Shown in pieces: positions 19,754 to 28,286 of a stretch of DNA of 64,000 nt (the first letter of the stretch is position 1; each line of letters starts with the position of its first letter). The position numbers and the translations under genes are program-made. Location: assembly GCA_963764165.1 (NCBI GenBank), contig CAVXRD010000003.1:416001-480000 (forward strand), read 5' to 3'. This stretch comes from an uncultured Verrucomicrobiae bacterium. GTDB lineage: Bacteria; Verrucomicrobiota; Verrucomicrobiia; Limisphaerales; Palsa-1400. The notes under the pieces were generated by a model. It was not told where the DNA came from, searched no databases, and worked only from the letters and a program-made list of their open reading frames with translations.

Positions 19754-19782
19754 CAAACGGAAAGCGCATTCCGCGCTAAATT
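19740..19782 (+). promoter_or_regulatory. putative OmpR/PhoB-family box and -10 upstream of the ankyrin gene
   Basis: TTACAA-N5-TGACAA (11-bp period) then TAAATT, just before ATG 19789. Confidence 0.5.
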
Positions 19783-19788
19783 CGAAAC

Positions 19789-22338
19789 ATGAAATTTTTA
19801 TTTACTGCCATTGTCATTCTCGCGCTGGCTGCACCGGTCCCAAGCCGCGCGGACACCAACGATCTCGCCGCCTTTCTCCAGCGCGGCCTTTTTGAGGAAG
19901 AAGCCAATCACCAATACGAGGCCGCCATCGCCGATTACAAAGCAGCTATTGACCATTTCGATCACGAGCGCCAACTGGCCGCGACCGCCATTTTCCGCCT
20001 CGGCGAATGCTACCGCAAACAAGGGCGCACCAACGAAGCCAGCGCCCAATATGAACGCCTCGTCCACGAATTTCCCGACCAAACGCAATTGGCGCAATTG
20101 ATCCAGGCCTATCTGCCAGCCAACGCAATCGCGGCAACGTCAATTTCGGGCATCCCTGATAGATCCTTGTTAACAGACGAACAGAAATTCCTGCTTGAAG
20201 TAAAACAAACCGTCCAAAACAGCCCCGACCTCATCAATCAGCAACTGGCCGCCGCCATCAACCAAGGGTATATATCCGCCGCGGAGTATTTGTTGGACCA
20301 TGGCGGAGAAGTGAACCCATCTTCAGCGACCGGATTTGTCCCCATCGTCGTTGCAGCCAGCCGTGGAAACGAAGGCATGGTTCGGCTCCTGCTCAGGCAC
20401 GGAGCCAATATTGACGCGCTCGACGGCCAAAGATTCACCGCCTTCGCCAGGGCAGCACACCAACGCTTCATCGCGGTTTGCCTGACGCTCATCAGCAATA
20501 AGGCAGACGTAAACCTCGGTGCGACGTCTCCCATCATTGACGCCATTCGCCAGAAAGACGAGGCAATGGTTCGCTTGCTCTTGGAGCATGGCGCCGCCCT
20601 TGAAACTCGTGGCTTTAAAGACGACACCGCGCTGGGGATAGCGGCCTCAGAACACAACGTTTCCATTTGCCAGCTATTGGTGGAGCACGGGGCGAATGTG
20701 AACGCAACGAATGGCAATGGCGCGACGCCCATTTTCCACTCGATAAATGAAGACGATTTTGCGATCACGGAATTCCTCGTCACGAATCATGCGCTGCTCA
20801 ATATCGCAGACCATGCGGGGGAAAGCCCGCTCGTGCAGGCGATGGACCGCCCAAAGATCAGCATCTTTGCGCTTCTCCTCGAGCATAAGGCCGACCCAAA
20901 CCAGATAGCCGCAATGCGAGGCTACTCTTCCCTCTCGCCGCTCGGGTGGGCAATCCTGGCCGGCCGCCCCGATATGGTCTCCTTGCTTCTTGAGGCCGGC
21001 GCGAATGCCAACGCGCCGATTCCACCGCAACTGAAGAACAATGGGCAGATCCCTGGCGGTCCCGCTGGCGACACATTATATCCAAATCCCGGCGCCAACT
21101 CCATAACGTGGATGGCGTCTCCGCCTGACGGCGCAACTCCGCTATATTTGACAATATTCTGGAGACCCAACCAACACACCAAAATCGTGTCGCTGCTCCT
21201 CGATCACGGCGCTGAGCCCAATATCATCAATGCCGAAGACCATTTGACACCATTGAATCGCGCCGTCGCCTCCGATTGGGTCGACGACGTGGAATTGCTT
21301 GTCAAACATGGAGCCGACGTCAACAAAACAAACGGCTTGGGCGCGCCCCCTCTCGCCTCTCTCCGCTCGCCGCGGACTCCTGAGGCGGAAAAAATTGAAG
21401 CGGCGCTCATTGCCGCTGGGGCCGACGCCAATTACAATCGGCGGGGATACATTTGGACGATGGGACTCCGAGGCGCCAACAAAACACAGATATTCCGCTG
21501 CCAGACGAATTCGATCAACCACTACACACTGCTGGAGTCCATCGCTGAACTCTACCGCGTTGGGGGAGCGCACGGGCCTGCTTACCCAAGTCCACTGGGA
21601 AGCACCAAGGGCGTCTCTTTCGGCGCATATTTGTATAACCATGGAACATACATGCATCGGGAGAGTTTGATTCGCTTTCCAGATTTCAAGCACGTGGTCA
21701 TCCGGCGTTTGGCCGGGTCAACCAACGAGACAATCCTGATTGACGCCGAAGAAATCCTTGCCTCCGGCGACCGCAGCCGGGATGTGCCGCTCGCCTCCGG
21801 TGACATGGTGGAAATCGGAAATCAGGAACATCGCGTCGCCGAAAATTGGAAGGGGCTGCCGGGCTTTGATCTCGTCGCCCTGAACAGAATGCTCACCCGA
21901 AAAGTGACGATCTTGACCAAGGCCGACACGAATAATCTGGTCCTCGAGCCGCCGATCGCTGACGAACACGAGCCTGACTCCGACGAGGGAGAGCCTCCCA
22001 TACCCTCGTCCAAGCTGCCCGCAGGGCTAAGGGGAACGGGAGGCACGATATCGGTGCGTTCCTTTTTCCTCGACAAGGTTGTTCGCGACAAAGAGGTTCT
22101 GCTAAACACATGGGACCTCTCCAAAGTCCGCCTCGTCCGGAACGGGCAAACGAACACATTCGACTTGACAGCGTCTCCCGCGCCGGAAGTCTGGCTGGAA
22201 GACGGCGACTTGATTGAAATTTCCGATCCGTCTGATCTGGGCATCACGGCACCAGCACAATCTTCCCAGCCGCCCCAGGCTCCATCACTGCATCGTGCGC
22301 CGCCGGGGCCTCCGCCAAGGAAAGCTCCCGGGCAATAA
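19789..22338 (+). CDS. secreted TPR + ankyrin-repeat protein with C-terminal SLBB-like domains
   Basis: Signal peptide; TPR (AIFRLGECYRKQG); about 10 ankyrin repeats (LLEHGA, GANVN, TPL); VVIRR...DVPLASGDMVEI and KVRLVR...LEDGDLIEI. Confidence 0.85.
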   Translation: MKFLFTAIVILALAAPVPSRADTNDLAAFLQRGLFEEEANHQYEAAIADYKAAIDHFDHERQLAATAIFRLGECYRKQGRTNEASAQYERLVHEFPDQTQLAQLIQAYLPANAIAATSISGIPDRSLLTDEQKFLLEVKQTVQNSPDLINQQLAAAINQGYISAAEYLLDHGGEVNPSSATGFVPIVVAASRGNEGMVRLLLRHGANIDALDGQRFTAFARAAHQRFIAVCLTLISNKADVNLGATSPIIDAIRQKDEAMVRLLLEHGAALETRGFKDDTALGIAASEHNVSICQLLVEHGANVNATNGNGATPIFHSINEDDFAITEFLVTNHALLNIADHAGESPLVQAMDRPKISIFALLLEHKADPNQIAAMRGYSSLSPLGWAILAGRPDMVSLLLEAGANANAPIPPQLKNNGQIPGGPAGDTLYPNPGANSITWMASPPDGATPLYLTIFWRPNQHTKIVSLLLDHGAEPNIINAEDHLTPLNRAVASDWVDDVELLVKHGADVNKTNGLGAPPLASLRSPRTPEAEKIEAALIAAGADANYNRRGYIWTMGLRGANKTQIFRCQTNSINHYTLLESIAELYRVGGAHGPAYPSPLGSTKGVSFGAYLYNHGTYMHRESLIRFPDFKHVVIRRLAGSTNETILIDAEEILASGDRSRDVPLASGDMVEIGNQEHRVAENWKGLPGFDLVALNRMLTRKVTILTKADTNNLVLEPPIADEHEPDSDEGEPPIPSSKLPAGLRGTGGTISVRSFFLDKVVRDKEVLLNTWDLSKVRLVRNGQTNTFDLTASPAPEVWLEDGDLIEISDPSDLGITAPAQSSQPPQAPSLHRAPPGPPPRKAPGQ

Positions 22339-23203
22339 TAGGTTTGACGGTTCCGTTTTCAAGCCCCGCGCGCAAGGCGGCATGCACAGCCACTTTCTCG
22401 CGGGGCGAAAGGTTGAACAGCATCATTCCGCGAATCTCCGCGTCGCGCACCATCAACTCGCGCGGATTAATTTCCACCGTCCCGCGGCTGCCGACGACGA
22501 TCACCCTTCCGTTGCGGGCGAGCACTTCCAAATCCTTGCCCAAATTTACATTTGACAGCATTTCGATGATGATGTCAACGCCGCGATTTTCGGTGATTTC
22601 GCGAACTTTGCCGAGGTAATCGGGCTGGCGGTGGTTCAAGACATAGTTCGCGCCCAAATCTCGAACAAGCTGTTCGCCCTTCTCGGAACCGGCGGTGCCA
22701 ATGACAATCAAACCCGCGGCATGGGCCAATTGCACCGCCGCCGTGCCGACTCCGCCGCTGGCGCCATGAATCAAAACTGTCTCGCCGGGAATCGCGCGCG
22801 CCCGTTGAAACAGCGCCCGCCAGGCCGTGCCGTAGGGAACACCCAAAGCCGCGCCTTGCGAAAAGGATGCGTGCGCGGGGAGAGGATGAACATCGGTGGC
22901 TTCGCAAATCGCCAGGCTGGCATAGGTGCCAGTCACGCTGCCGCTCGTGTAGACGCGGTCTCCGACGGCGACGTGGCGCACCGAGGAGCCGATTTTCGCG
23001 ACTTCGCCCGCCGCGTCATTGCCGGGCGTGTAGGGCACGGCGGCGTTTGGATATTTTCCAGAGCGAATGTAAGTGTCGACCGGATTCACGCCGATGGCCC
23101 GCACCGACACGAGAATCTGGCTCGGGCCTGGCTCGGGGTCGGGCACAGTTTTGAGTTGAAGAACTTCCGGGCCTCCAAACTGAGTAACGCGTATCGCTTT
23201 CAT
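22244..23203 (-). CDS. qor: NADPH:quinone reductase (zeta-crystallin/MDR family)
   Basis: MKAIRVTQFGGPEVL, GVNPVDTYIRSG, LIHGASGGVG, GKIVL. Confidence 0.9.
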   Translation of the reverse strand: MKAIRVTQFGGPEVLQLKTVPDPEPGPSQILVSVRAIGVNPVDTYIRSGKYPNAAVPYTPGNDAAGEVAKIGSSVRHVAVGDRVYTSGSVTGTYASLAICEATDVHPLPAHASFSQGAALGVPYGTAWRALFQRARAIPGETVLIHGASGGVGTAAVQLAHAAGLIVIGTAGSEKGEQLVRDLGANYVLNHRQPDYLGKVREITENRGVDIIIEMLSNVNLGKDLEVLARNGRVIVVGSRGTVEINPRELMVRDAEIRGMMLFNLSPREKVAVHAALRAGLENGTVKPIIARELSLAEAPAAHDAVMEPGAAGKIVLVP

Positions 23204-23245
23204 ATATTGGAATTCATTCTACATCAAAATTTTGAAAATTAAATT

Positions 23246-23404
23246 AATCTGGAACTCCCGAACGCAGGAAAAGAGGTCCGCGTCGGTCTTCGGACGATGG
23301 AGATGGTGTGGATTCCGGAAAGAAATGCCTGACGCCGCACCCGGATTAACGTTGCGCACGAAACCGACTTCCGTCTCTTTTCCTGATTTCGTGAGTTCCA
23401 GATT
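23246..23404. repeat. MITE/REP-like inverted repeat
   Basis: AATCTGGAACTCCCGAACGCAGGAAAAGAG versus reverse complement of 23375-23404 AATCTGGAACTCACGAAATCAGGAAAAGAG (27/30). Confidence 0.75.
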
Positions 23405-23630
23405 CAATTTTCGCATTTTTCCTTCAAAAATCGTGCTGAAAAACCTCTGGGAGGTTTTCTGTTTTCATTTCGATGTGCCATTCTGCATCCGCATGAATGA
23501 ATTTTATAGAGCTGAGAGGGCTGGGATGAGGACTGAGGCTGCCAGCCGCCGCGCAGCGGGCCGCGAAAACTCAGCCATCACCTGTTTGGACCGGGGATAT
23601 ACGGGGGCGGCATCACGGCGCTCCGGCAGC

Positions 23631-23670
23631 CAAATGTAGGCAATTGTAGCCAATTGTAGGTAAATGTAGG
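23631..23670. repeat. four tandem 10-bp repeats
   Basis: CAAATGTAGG / CAATTGTAGC / CAATTGTAGG / TAAATGTAGG. Confidence 0.8.
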
Positions 23671-23710
23671 CAGTTTTTAAAAAATCACAAAATGGAACCA
23701 CCGAAAAACG

Positions 23711-23860
23711 GCCACAGATTAACACAGATCAACACAGATTTTCTGACAAGGCATTTCTTTGACGGGCGACGCCGCGGCGAGGTTGTGAGGGATCGGTTCG
23801 CATTCCGCTTTTGTCGCTTGGGCCAGTCTTTATCTGTGTTGATCTGTGTTAATCTGTGGC
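23711..23860. repeat. inverted repeat built from 10-bp ACACAGAT units
   Basis: Perfect 29-bp IR GCCACAGATTAACACAGATCAACACAGAT (23711-23739) / 23832-23860. Confidence 0.9.
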
Positions 23861-23914
23861 TCGCCCCCCAAACATTTCTTGCGGGGTGGCGCGATGAGGC
23901 CTTATGCTGTGCGC

Positions 23915-24016
23915 GGATTTGCCAGGGCCCATGGAGCGTGGACTTACAAACCCCGCCAGGGCAGGAATGCAGCAACGGTAGTCTGCTCCGCGCAAGCCGT
24001 GGTCACCCTGGCATTC
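23915..24016 (+). ncRNA. ffs: signal recognition particle 4.5S RNA
   Basis: Domain IV signature CCAGG-GCA-GGAA-TGC-AGCA, closing helix TGCCAGGG/CCCTGGCA, and the usual position upstream of dnaX; ends approximate. Confidence 0.88.
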
Positions 24017-24052
24017 CTCCTTATTGGAACCCAATAAAGTCAAAGTCAAATC

Positions 24053-25840
24053 GTGTCATACCAGGTCATAGCGCGGAAATATCGCCCGCAACGCTTCGCC
24101 GACGTTGTCGGGCAGGAGCACGTCACCCAGACGCTCGGCAATGCGATCGCGCAAAACCGCATCGCTCACGCCTATTTGTTCGTCGGCCCGCGCGGCACCG
24201 GCAAGACGACCATCGCGCGCATTTTCGCCAAGTGCCTTAATTGCACCAACGGCCCGAAAATCGAATTTCCCGACGACGATCCGCGCGTGCAGGAAATCAC
24301 CGAGGGCCGCTCGATGGACGTCCTGGAAATCGACGGCGCGAGCAATCGCGGCATCGACGAAATTCGCGAATTGCGCGATACGGTGAAATATGTTCCCGCC
24401 ACCTCGCGCTTCAAAATTTACATCATCGACGAAGTCCACATGCTGACAAAGGAGGCGTTCAACGCGTTGCTCAAGACGCTGGAAGAACCGCCGCCCCACG
24501 TCAAATTCATGTTCGCCACGACCGAGCCGGAGAAGGTGCTGCCCACCATTCTTTCGCGCTGCCAACGGTTTGACCTGCGGCGCATTCCGTCGGCGCTGAT
24601 CGTGAAGCACCTTTCGGAAATCGCGGCCAAGGAGAGCGTGACCATCGACGAGGCAGCGCTGCACGCCATCGCGCGAGGAGCGGACGGCGGTATGCGCGAC
24701 GCGGAATCCACCCTTGATCAGCTCATCAGTTTTTGCGGCAAGGAAATTGCCGAGGAGGATGTGCTTTCGATGTTCGGCCTCGCGGCGCGGGGGCAAATTC
24801 TCGCCTTGGCCAGCGCGGTGCTGGCGGGTGAAGCGGAAACGGCGCTGCGGCAATTGAACGATCTGGCGCATCAGGGCAAAGACATCGGACGGCTCGTGAC
24901 GGAATTGCTTCTGCATTTTCGCAACTTGCTGATTTTCCAAGTTTCCAAGGGCGACTTGCGCATGATCGAAGCGTCCGAGGCCGAAGCCGTCGCGCTCAAG
25001 GAACAGGTCGCGGGCGTTCATTCGGATTCGCTGACTCGCATGCTGGAAGTGCTGACGGATTGCGAAGGACGCTTGCGCGATAGGACTTCGAAGAAAATTC
25101 TGGTGGAAGTTGCGCTGCTGAAAATGATCGAGGCGCGAGACGCGGTGAGCATTGATACTGTGCTGAAGCAGCTTCATCTTTTGCGCGGGGGGGCTGGGGC
25201 CGCGGCTGTGGCGCGTCCGGCGGCAGCCGCGCCGGCTAGCCGGCCGGCGCCCGCTGCTCATTCGACCTATACGACTAATGCGACCTATTCTGCCGCGACA
25301 GCCGCGCCGGCTCCAACAGCGCCGCCTGCGCCCGCTGCCAAACCCACAGGCACCCTCGACTTGGAACAGCTTTGGAGGGAATTAGTCGAGGCGGTGGGCC
25401 GCGCCAGCCCGTTCGTAAAAGCGTATTTTCTCGAGGCGCACCCAGTGTCGTTTGTTCGGAATGTGCTGACGATTGGCTTCGATCCTGAGTTTGCGGATCA
25501 TCTGCCTTTAGTTGACAACGCGCGCAACCATGCCGTCGTCCAGACGAAGCTGTCGGAGCTGGGCTATCCGAATTCGCAGGTGAAGTTCATCAAGGCGGAT
25601 GAGCCGCCGGGCCGCCGCAAGGCGGAAGCGCCCGCCGCCGCGCCCGCGCCAGAACCTGCGCTCACGACTCCGACTGCGCCGAAAGTTGCGGCTGCCAAGA
25701 CCGCACCAGCCGCGGAAGCGCCGAAGGCCACTCCGCCGCCCCCGCCCGGGCCGGCCAGCGCGCAAGATTTCAAAAGCGATCCGCTGATTCAAAAGGCTCT
25801 CGAAGTGTTTCGGGGCCAGTTGGTGGATGTTCGCACCTAA
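24053..25840 (+). CDS. dnaX: DNA polymerase III subunit gamma/tau
   Basis: YQVIARKYRPQRF, GPRGTGKTT, EIDGAS, IIDEVHML, NALLKTLEEPP, TILSRC; Ala/Pro-rich linker. Confidence 0.97.
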   Translation: MSYQVIARKYRPQRFADVVGQEHVTQTLGNAIAQNRIAHAYLFVGPRGTGKTTIARIFAKCLNCTNGPKIEFPDDDPRVQEITEGRSMDVLEIDGASNRGIDEIRELRDTVKYVPATSRFKIYIIDEVHMLTKEAFNALLKTLEEPPPHVKFMFATTEPEKVLPTILSRCQRFDLRRIPSALIVKHLSEIAAKESVTIDEAALHAIARGADGGMRDAESTLDQLISFCGKEIAEEDVLSMFGLAARGQILALASAVLAGEAETALRQLNDLAHQGKDIGRLVTELLLHFRNLLIFQVSKGDLRMIEASEAEAVALKEQVAGVHSDSLTRMLEVLTDCEGRLRDRTSKKILVEVALLKMIEARDAVSIDTVLKQLHLLRGGAGAAAVARPAAAAPASRPAPAAHSTYTTNATYSAATAAPAPTAPPAPAAKPTGTLDLEQLWRELVEAVGRASPFVKAYFLEAHPVSFVRNVLTIGFDPEFADHLPLVDNARNHAVVQTKLSELGYPNSQVKFIKADEPPGRRKAEAPAAAPAPEPALTTPTAPKVAAAKTAPAAEAPKATPPPPPGPASAQDFKSDPLIQKALEVFRGQLVDVRT

Positions 25841-25861
25841 CAAACTTAACTCAAAATTGCC

Positions 25862-26173
25862 ATGTCCAGCATCGGAAAACTCGTCAAACAGGCTGCTCGC
25901 ATGCAGCAGCAAATGGAACAAATCCAGGCCGACCTCGCCGCCCGCACGGTCGAAGCCACCAGCGGCGGCGGCGCGGTCAAGGTCGTCGCAAAATGTGACA
26001 ACACTATTTCTTCGATCAAGATCGATCCGCAAGCCATCAATCCCGCTGACGCCGCGTTGCTGGAGGACATGATCGTCTCCGCCGTGAACGCCGCGCTCGG
26101 ACAGGCCAAAGCCATTTCCACCGCGGAAATGGGCAAAGCCACCCAAGGCTTCAGCATTCCCGGATTGATGTAA
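25862..26173 (+). CDS. ybaB: YbaB/EbfC nucleoid-associated protein
   Basis: KQAARMQQQM, SGGGAVKV, LEDMIVSAVNAA; dnaX-ybaB-recR synteny. Confidence 0.93.
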   Translation: MSSIGKLVKQAARMQQQMEQIQADLAARTVEATSGGGAVKVVAKCDNTISSIKIDPQAINPADAALLEDMIVSAVNAALGQAKAISTAEMGKATQGFSIPGLM

Positions 26174-26215
26174 TTTCGCGGCGGGCAAGCGACCATTTCC
26201 ATTCCATTCCATTCA

Positions 26216-26815
26216 GTGCCTCTTCCCGAACCCATCACGACGCTGACCGAAGCGTTGTGCCGCCTGCCCGGCATCGGCCCGCGCTCGGCGGAACGGCTGG
26301 CCCTGCACCTCGTGCAGTCCGAGGCTGACGAAGTGCGGCTGCTGGCGCAGACGATGGTGCAGGCGCGCGAGAAAGTGCGGCTGTGCTCGATCTGTGGCGG
26401 GCTGACGGAAATGGACCCCTGCTCCATCTGCCAGGATTCGCGCCGCGATCATTCGATGCTTTGCGTGGTGGAGCGTCCGCTCGATATTTTCGCGTTTGAG
26501 AAATCAGGGACGTTTCGCGGAATTTACCACGTTCTCGGCGGGAGGATTTCTCCGCTCAATGGCGTTGAGCCGGAGGATTTGCGCCTCGCGGAATTGGAAT
26601 CGCGCCTTGGCAAAGGTGTCACGGAAATCATCGTGGCGCTGAGCACGGATGTCGAAGGGGACGCGACGAGTTTTTATCTCGCCAAGCGGCTGGCGGGAAA
26701 AGGCGCGCGCATTTCCCGGCTGGCGCACGGCCTGCCTGCGGGCAGCGGCTTGGAATTCGCCGATGAAGTGACCTTGAGCCGCGCGCTGGAAGGCCGCCGC
26801 GAACTGCTTTCGTAG
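26216..26815 (+). CDS. recR: recombination mediator RecR
   Basis: LPGIGPRSAERLA, C4 zinc finger, YHVLGG, VEGDAT, ALEGR. Confidence 0.96.
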   Translation: MPLPEPITTLTEALCRLPGIGPRSAERLALHLVQSEADEVRLLAQTMVQAREKVRLCSICGGLTEMDPCSICQDSRRDHSMLCVVERPLDIFAFEKSGTFRGIYHVLGGRISPLNGVEPEDLRLAELESRLGKGVTEIIVALSTDVEGDATSFYLAKRLAGKGARISRLAHGLPAGSGLEFADEVTLSRALEGRRELLS

Positions 26816-26821
26816 AATTTT

Positions 26822-27439
26822 ATGAGTGTTCCATCTGTCGTTGTTTTTGATTTGGGAAAAGTGCTGGTCGATTTCGATTACGGCATTTCCGCCGCCAAAT
26901 TTGCCGCGCGCAGCAAAATGCCGCCAGAAGAATTGCGCAAGGCGCTGGATCATTCCCCCCTGCTCTACCGCTTTGAAACTGGGCTGATGACGAATGAGGA
27001 ATTCGCGGGCGAAGTTTGTTCACTCTGCGGATATTCAGGCACAGTGGATGAATTTTACGCGACGTTCGCGGACATTTTTTCGGAGATCAAACCGATGATT
27101 GCCATGCACGCTTCACTACGAGCCAATGGCGTGCCGACCTGCATTTTTTCGAATACGAACGGCATCGCGGTTGGGCATATCCGCTCGCGATTTCCGTTTT
27201 TTGCGAACTTTGACAATTATGTTTACTCCTACGAGCACGGCTCAATGAAGCCGGACGCAAAGATTTACTCGATTGTGGAAAAGGTCACGGGATTTAGCGG
27301 CGATAAGATTGTTTACATTGATGATCGCGCGGAAAATGTGGAGGGCGGGCTGAAGCGCGGCTGGCGTGGGATCTTGCACGAGACGCCGGAGAAGACGATT
27401 CCCATTTTGCGCGAGATGGGGCTGCCGGTGGGGAAATAG
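26822..27439 (+). CDS. HAD-family phosphatase (YihX-like)
   Basis: VVFDLGKVLVD, SNTN, KPDAKIY, IDDRAENV. Confidence 0.9.
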   Translation: MSVPSVVVFDLGKVLVDFDYGISAAKFAARSKMPPEELRKALDHSPLLYRFETGLMTNEEFAGEVCSLCGYSGTVDEFYATFADIFSEIKPMIAMHASLRANGVPTCIFSNTNGIAVGHIRSRFPFFANFDNYVYSYEHGSMKPDAKIYSIVEKVTGFSGDKIVYIDDRAENVEGGLKRGWRGILHETPEKTIPILREMGLPVGK

Positions 27440-27466
27440 AGCGGGCTTTTATTCTACTTGACACGA

Positions 27467-27512
27467 TTCCCATGACTCGCATTTCTCCCATGGGAGGAAT
27501 GGGACATATGAG
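27467..27512. repeat. 9-bp-periodic imperfect palindrome between convergent genes (possible terminator)
   Basis: TCCCATGACTCGCATTTCTCCCA|TGGGAGGAATGGGACATATGAGA; related ATGGGA units at 29438-29462. Confidence 0.5.
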
Positions 27513-27514
27513 AG

Positions 27515-28222
27515 TTATGAGTTCAGGAATTTGATCATAGGCGGCTCGGGATCGCCCAGCGAGAAGACGCGTTCGGATAAGTCGTTTAGCGCGCGGCGGG
27601 CGGGCTCGAAATGCTCGGAGAGTGTGTCGTATACCGAGGCGAGGTCGTAGCGGGTTGCCAGGCGATGGCCGCTGGCGACGCGGAAATTCGCGCGTCCCAA
27701 ATCCTGGTAATATCGCAGGCTCGGAGCGCCGCGGCGTTCGGCGCGATGCCGGATATGCTCGGGAAAAACGCCGGACAGGAAGAGCGAATGATTTCCAATG
27801 TGCGCGCGAATGAGGAACGAAGTGTGGTCGTCCGCCTTTTCCAGCGCGGCCAGCATTTCAAACACGTATTTCAGGTGCTGGCCGTCGGAACTCACGCATC
27901 TTGCGCGTTCTTCGCGCGAGAATTCCGTCAACAACTCCGCCACGTAGTCCGCCACACGGCGGTCGTCGAGGCCGGATTTTTTCAAAACATTCCGCACCAG
28001 CACGTAAAAGTACAGATGCGGGGAGACTCGAAGACATCCGCCCTGTTCCAGCAAGGCACGATACAACAGTTCGTCGTCCAGGATGAGGTCGCGTGTTTCG
28101 GGGTCTGCCAAAAGTAACGTCAAGGATTCGGCGGCGCCCCTTTTTTTTCCGAGCACCGCGATGATGAAGTCTACGTCGTTCGCCGTGAATTGGACCCGGC
28201 AATTAGCCTGAATCACTTTCAT
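27515..28222 (-). CDS. conserved hypothetical protein
   Basis: Clean 235-aa ORF with ATG; motifs VADYVAELL and HIGNHSLFLSGVFPE; no function assignable. Confidence 0.75.
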   Translation of the reverse strand: MKVIQANCRVQFTANDVDFIIAVLGKKRGAAESLTLLLADPETRDLILDDELLYRALLEQGGCLRVSPHLYFYVLVRNVLKKSGLDDRRVADYVAELLTEFSREERARCVSSDGQHLKYVFEMLAALEKADDHTSFLIRAHIGNHSLFLSGVFPEHIRHRAERRGAPSLRYYQDLGRANFRVASGHRLATRYDLASVYDTLSEHFEPARRALNDLSERVFSLGDPEPPMIKFLNS

Positions 28223-28286
28223 GGAACTCTATACTAAGCAAATGTTGTTCCATTGCAAACCTTGTCATTGAATTTAGGCAAGAAAG

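Noticed and set aside
23631..23860. Possible CRISPR array
   Set aside because: Units are 10 bp, tandem or inverted, with no spacers and no cas genes.
23204..23914. Possible replication origin near dnaX/recR/recF
   Set aside because: No TTATCCACA-type DnaA-box cluster and no dnaA/dnaN seen; short repeat elements explain the region.
26193..26214. (CCATT)-like x4 microsatellite just before the recR start
   Set aside because: Short and imperfect; no evidence for phase variation.
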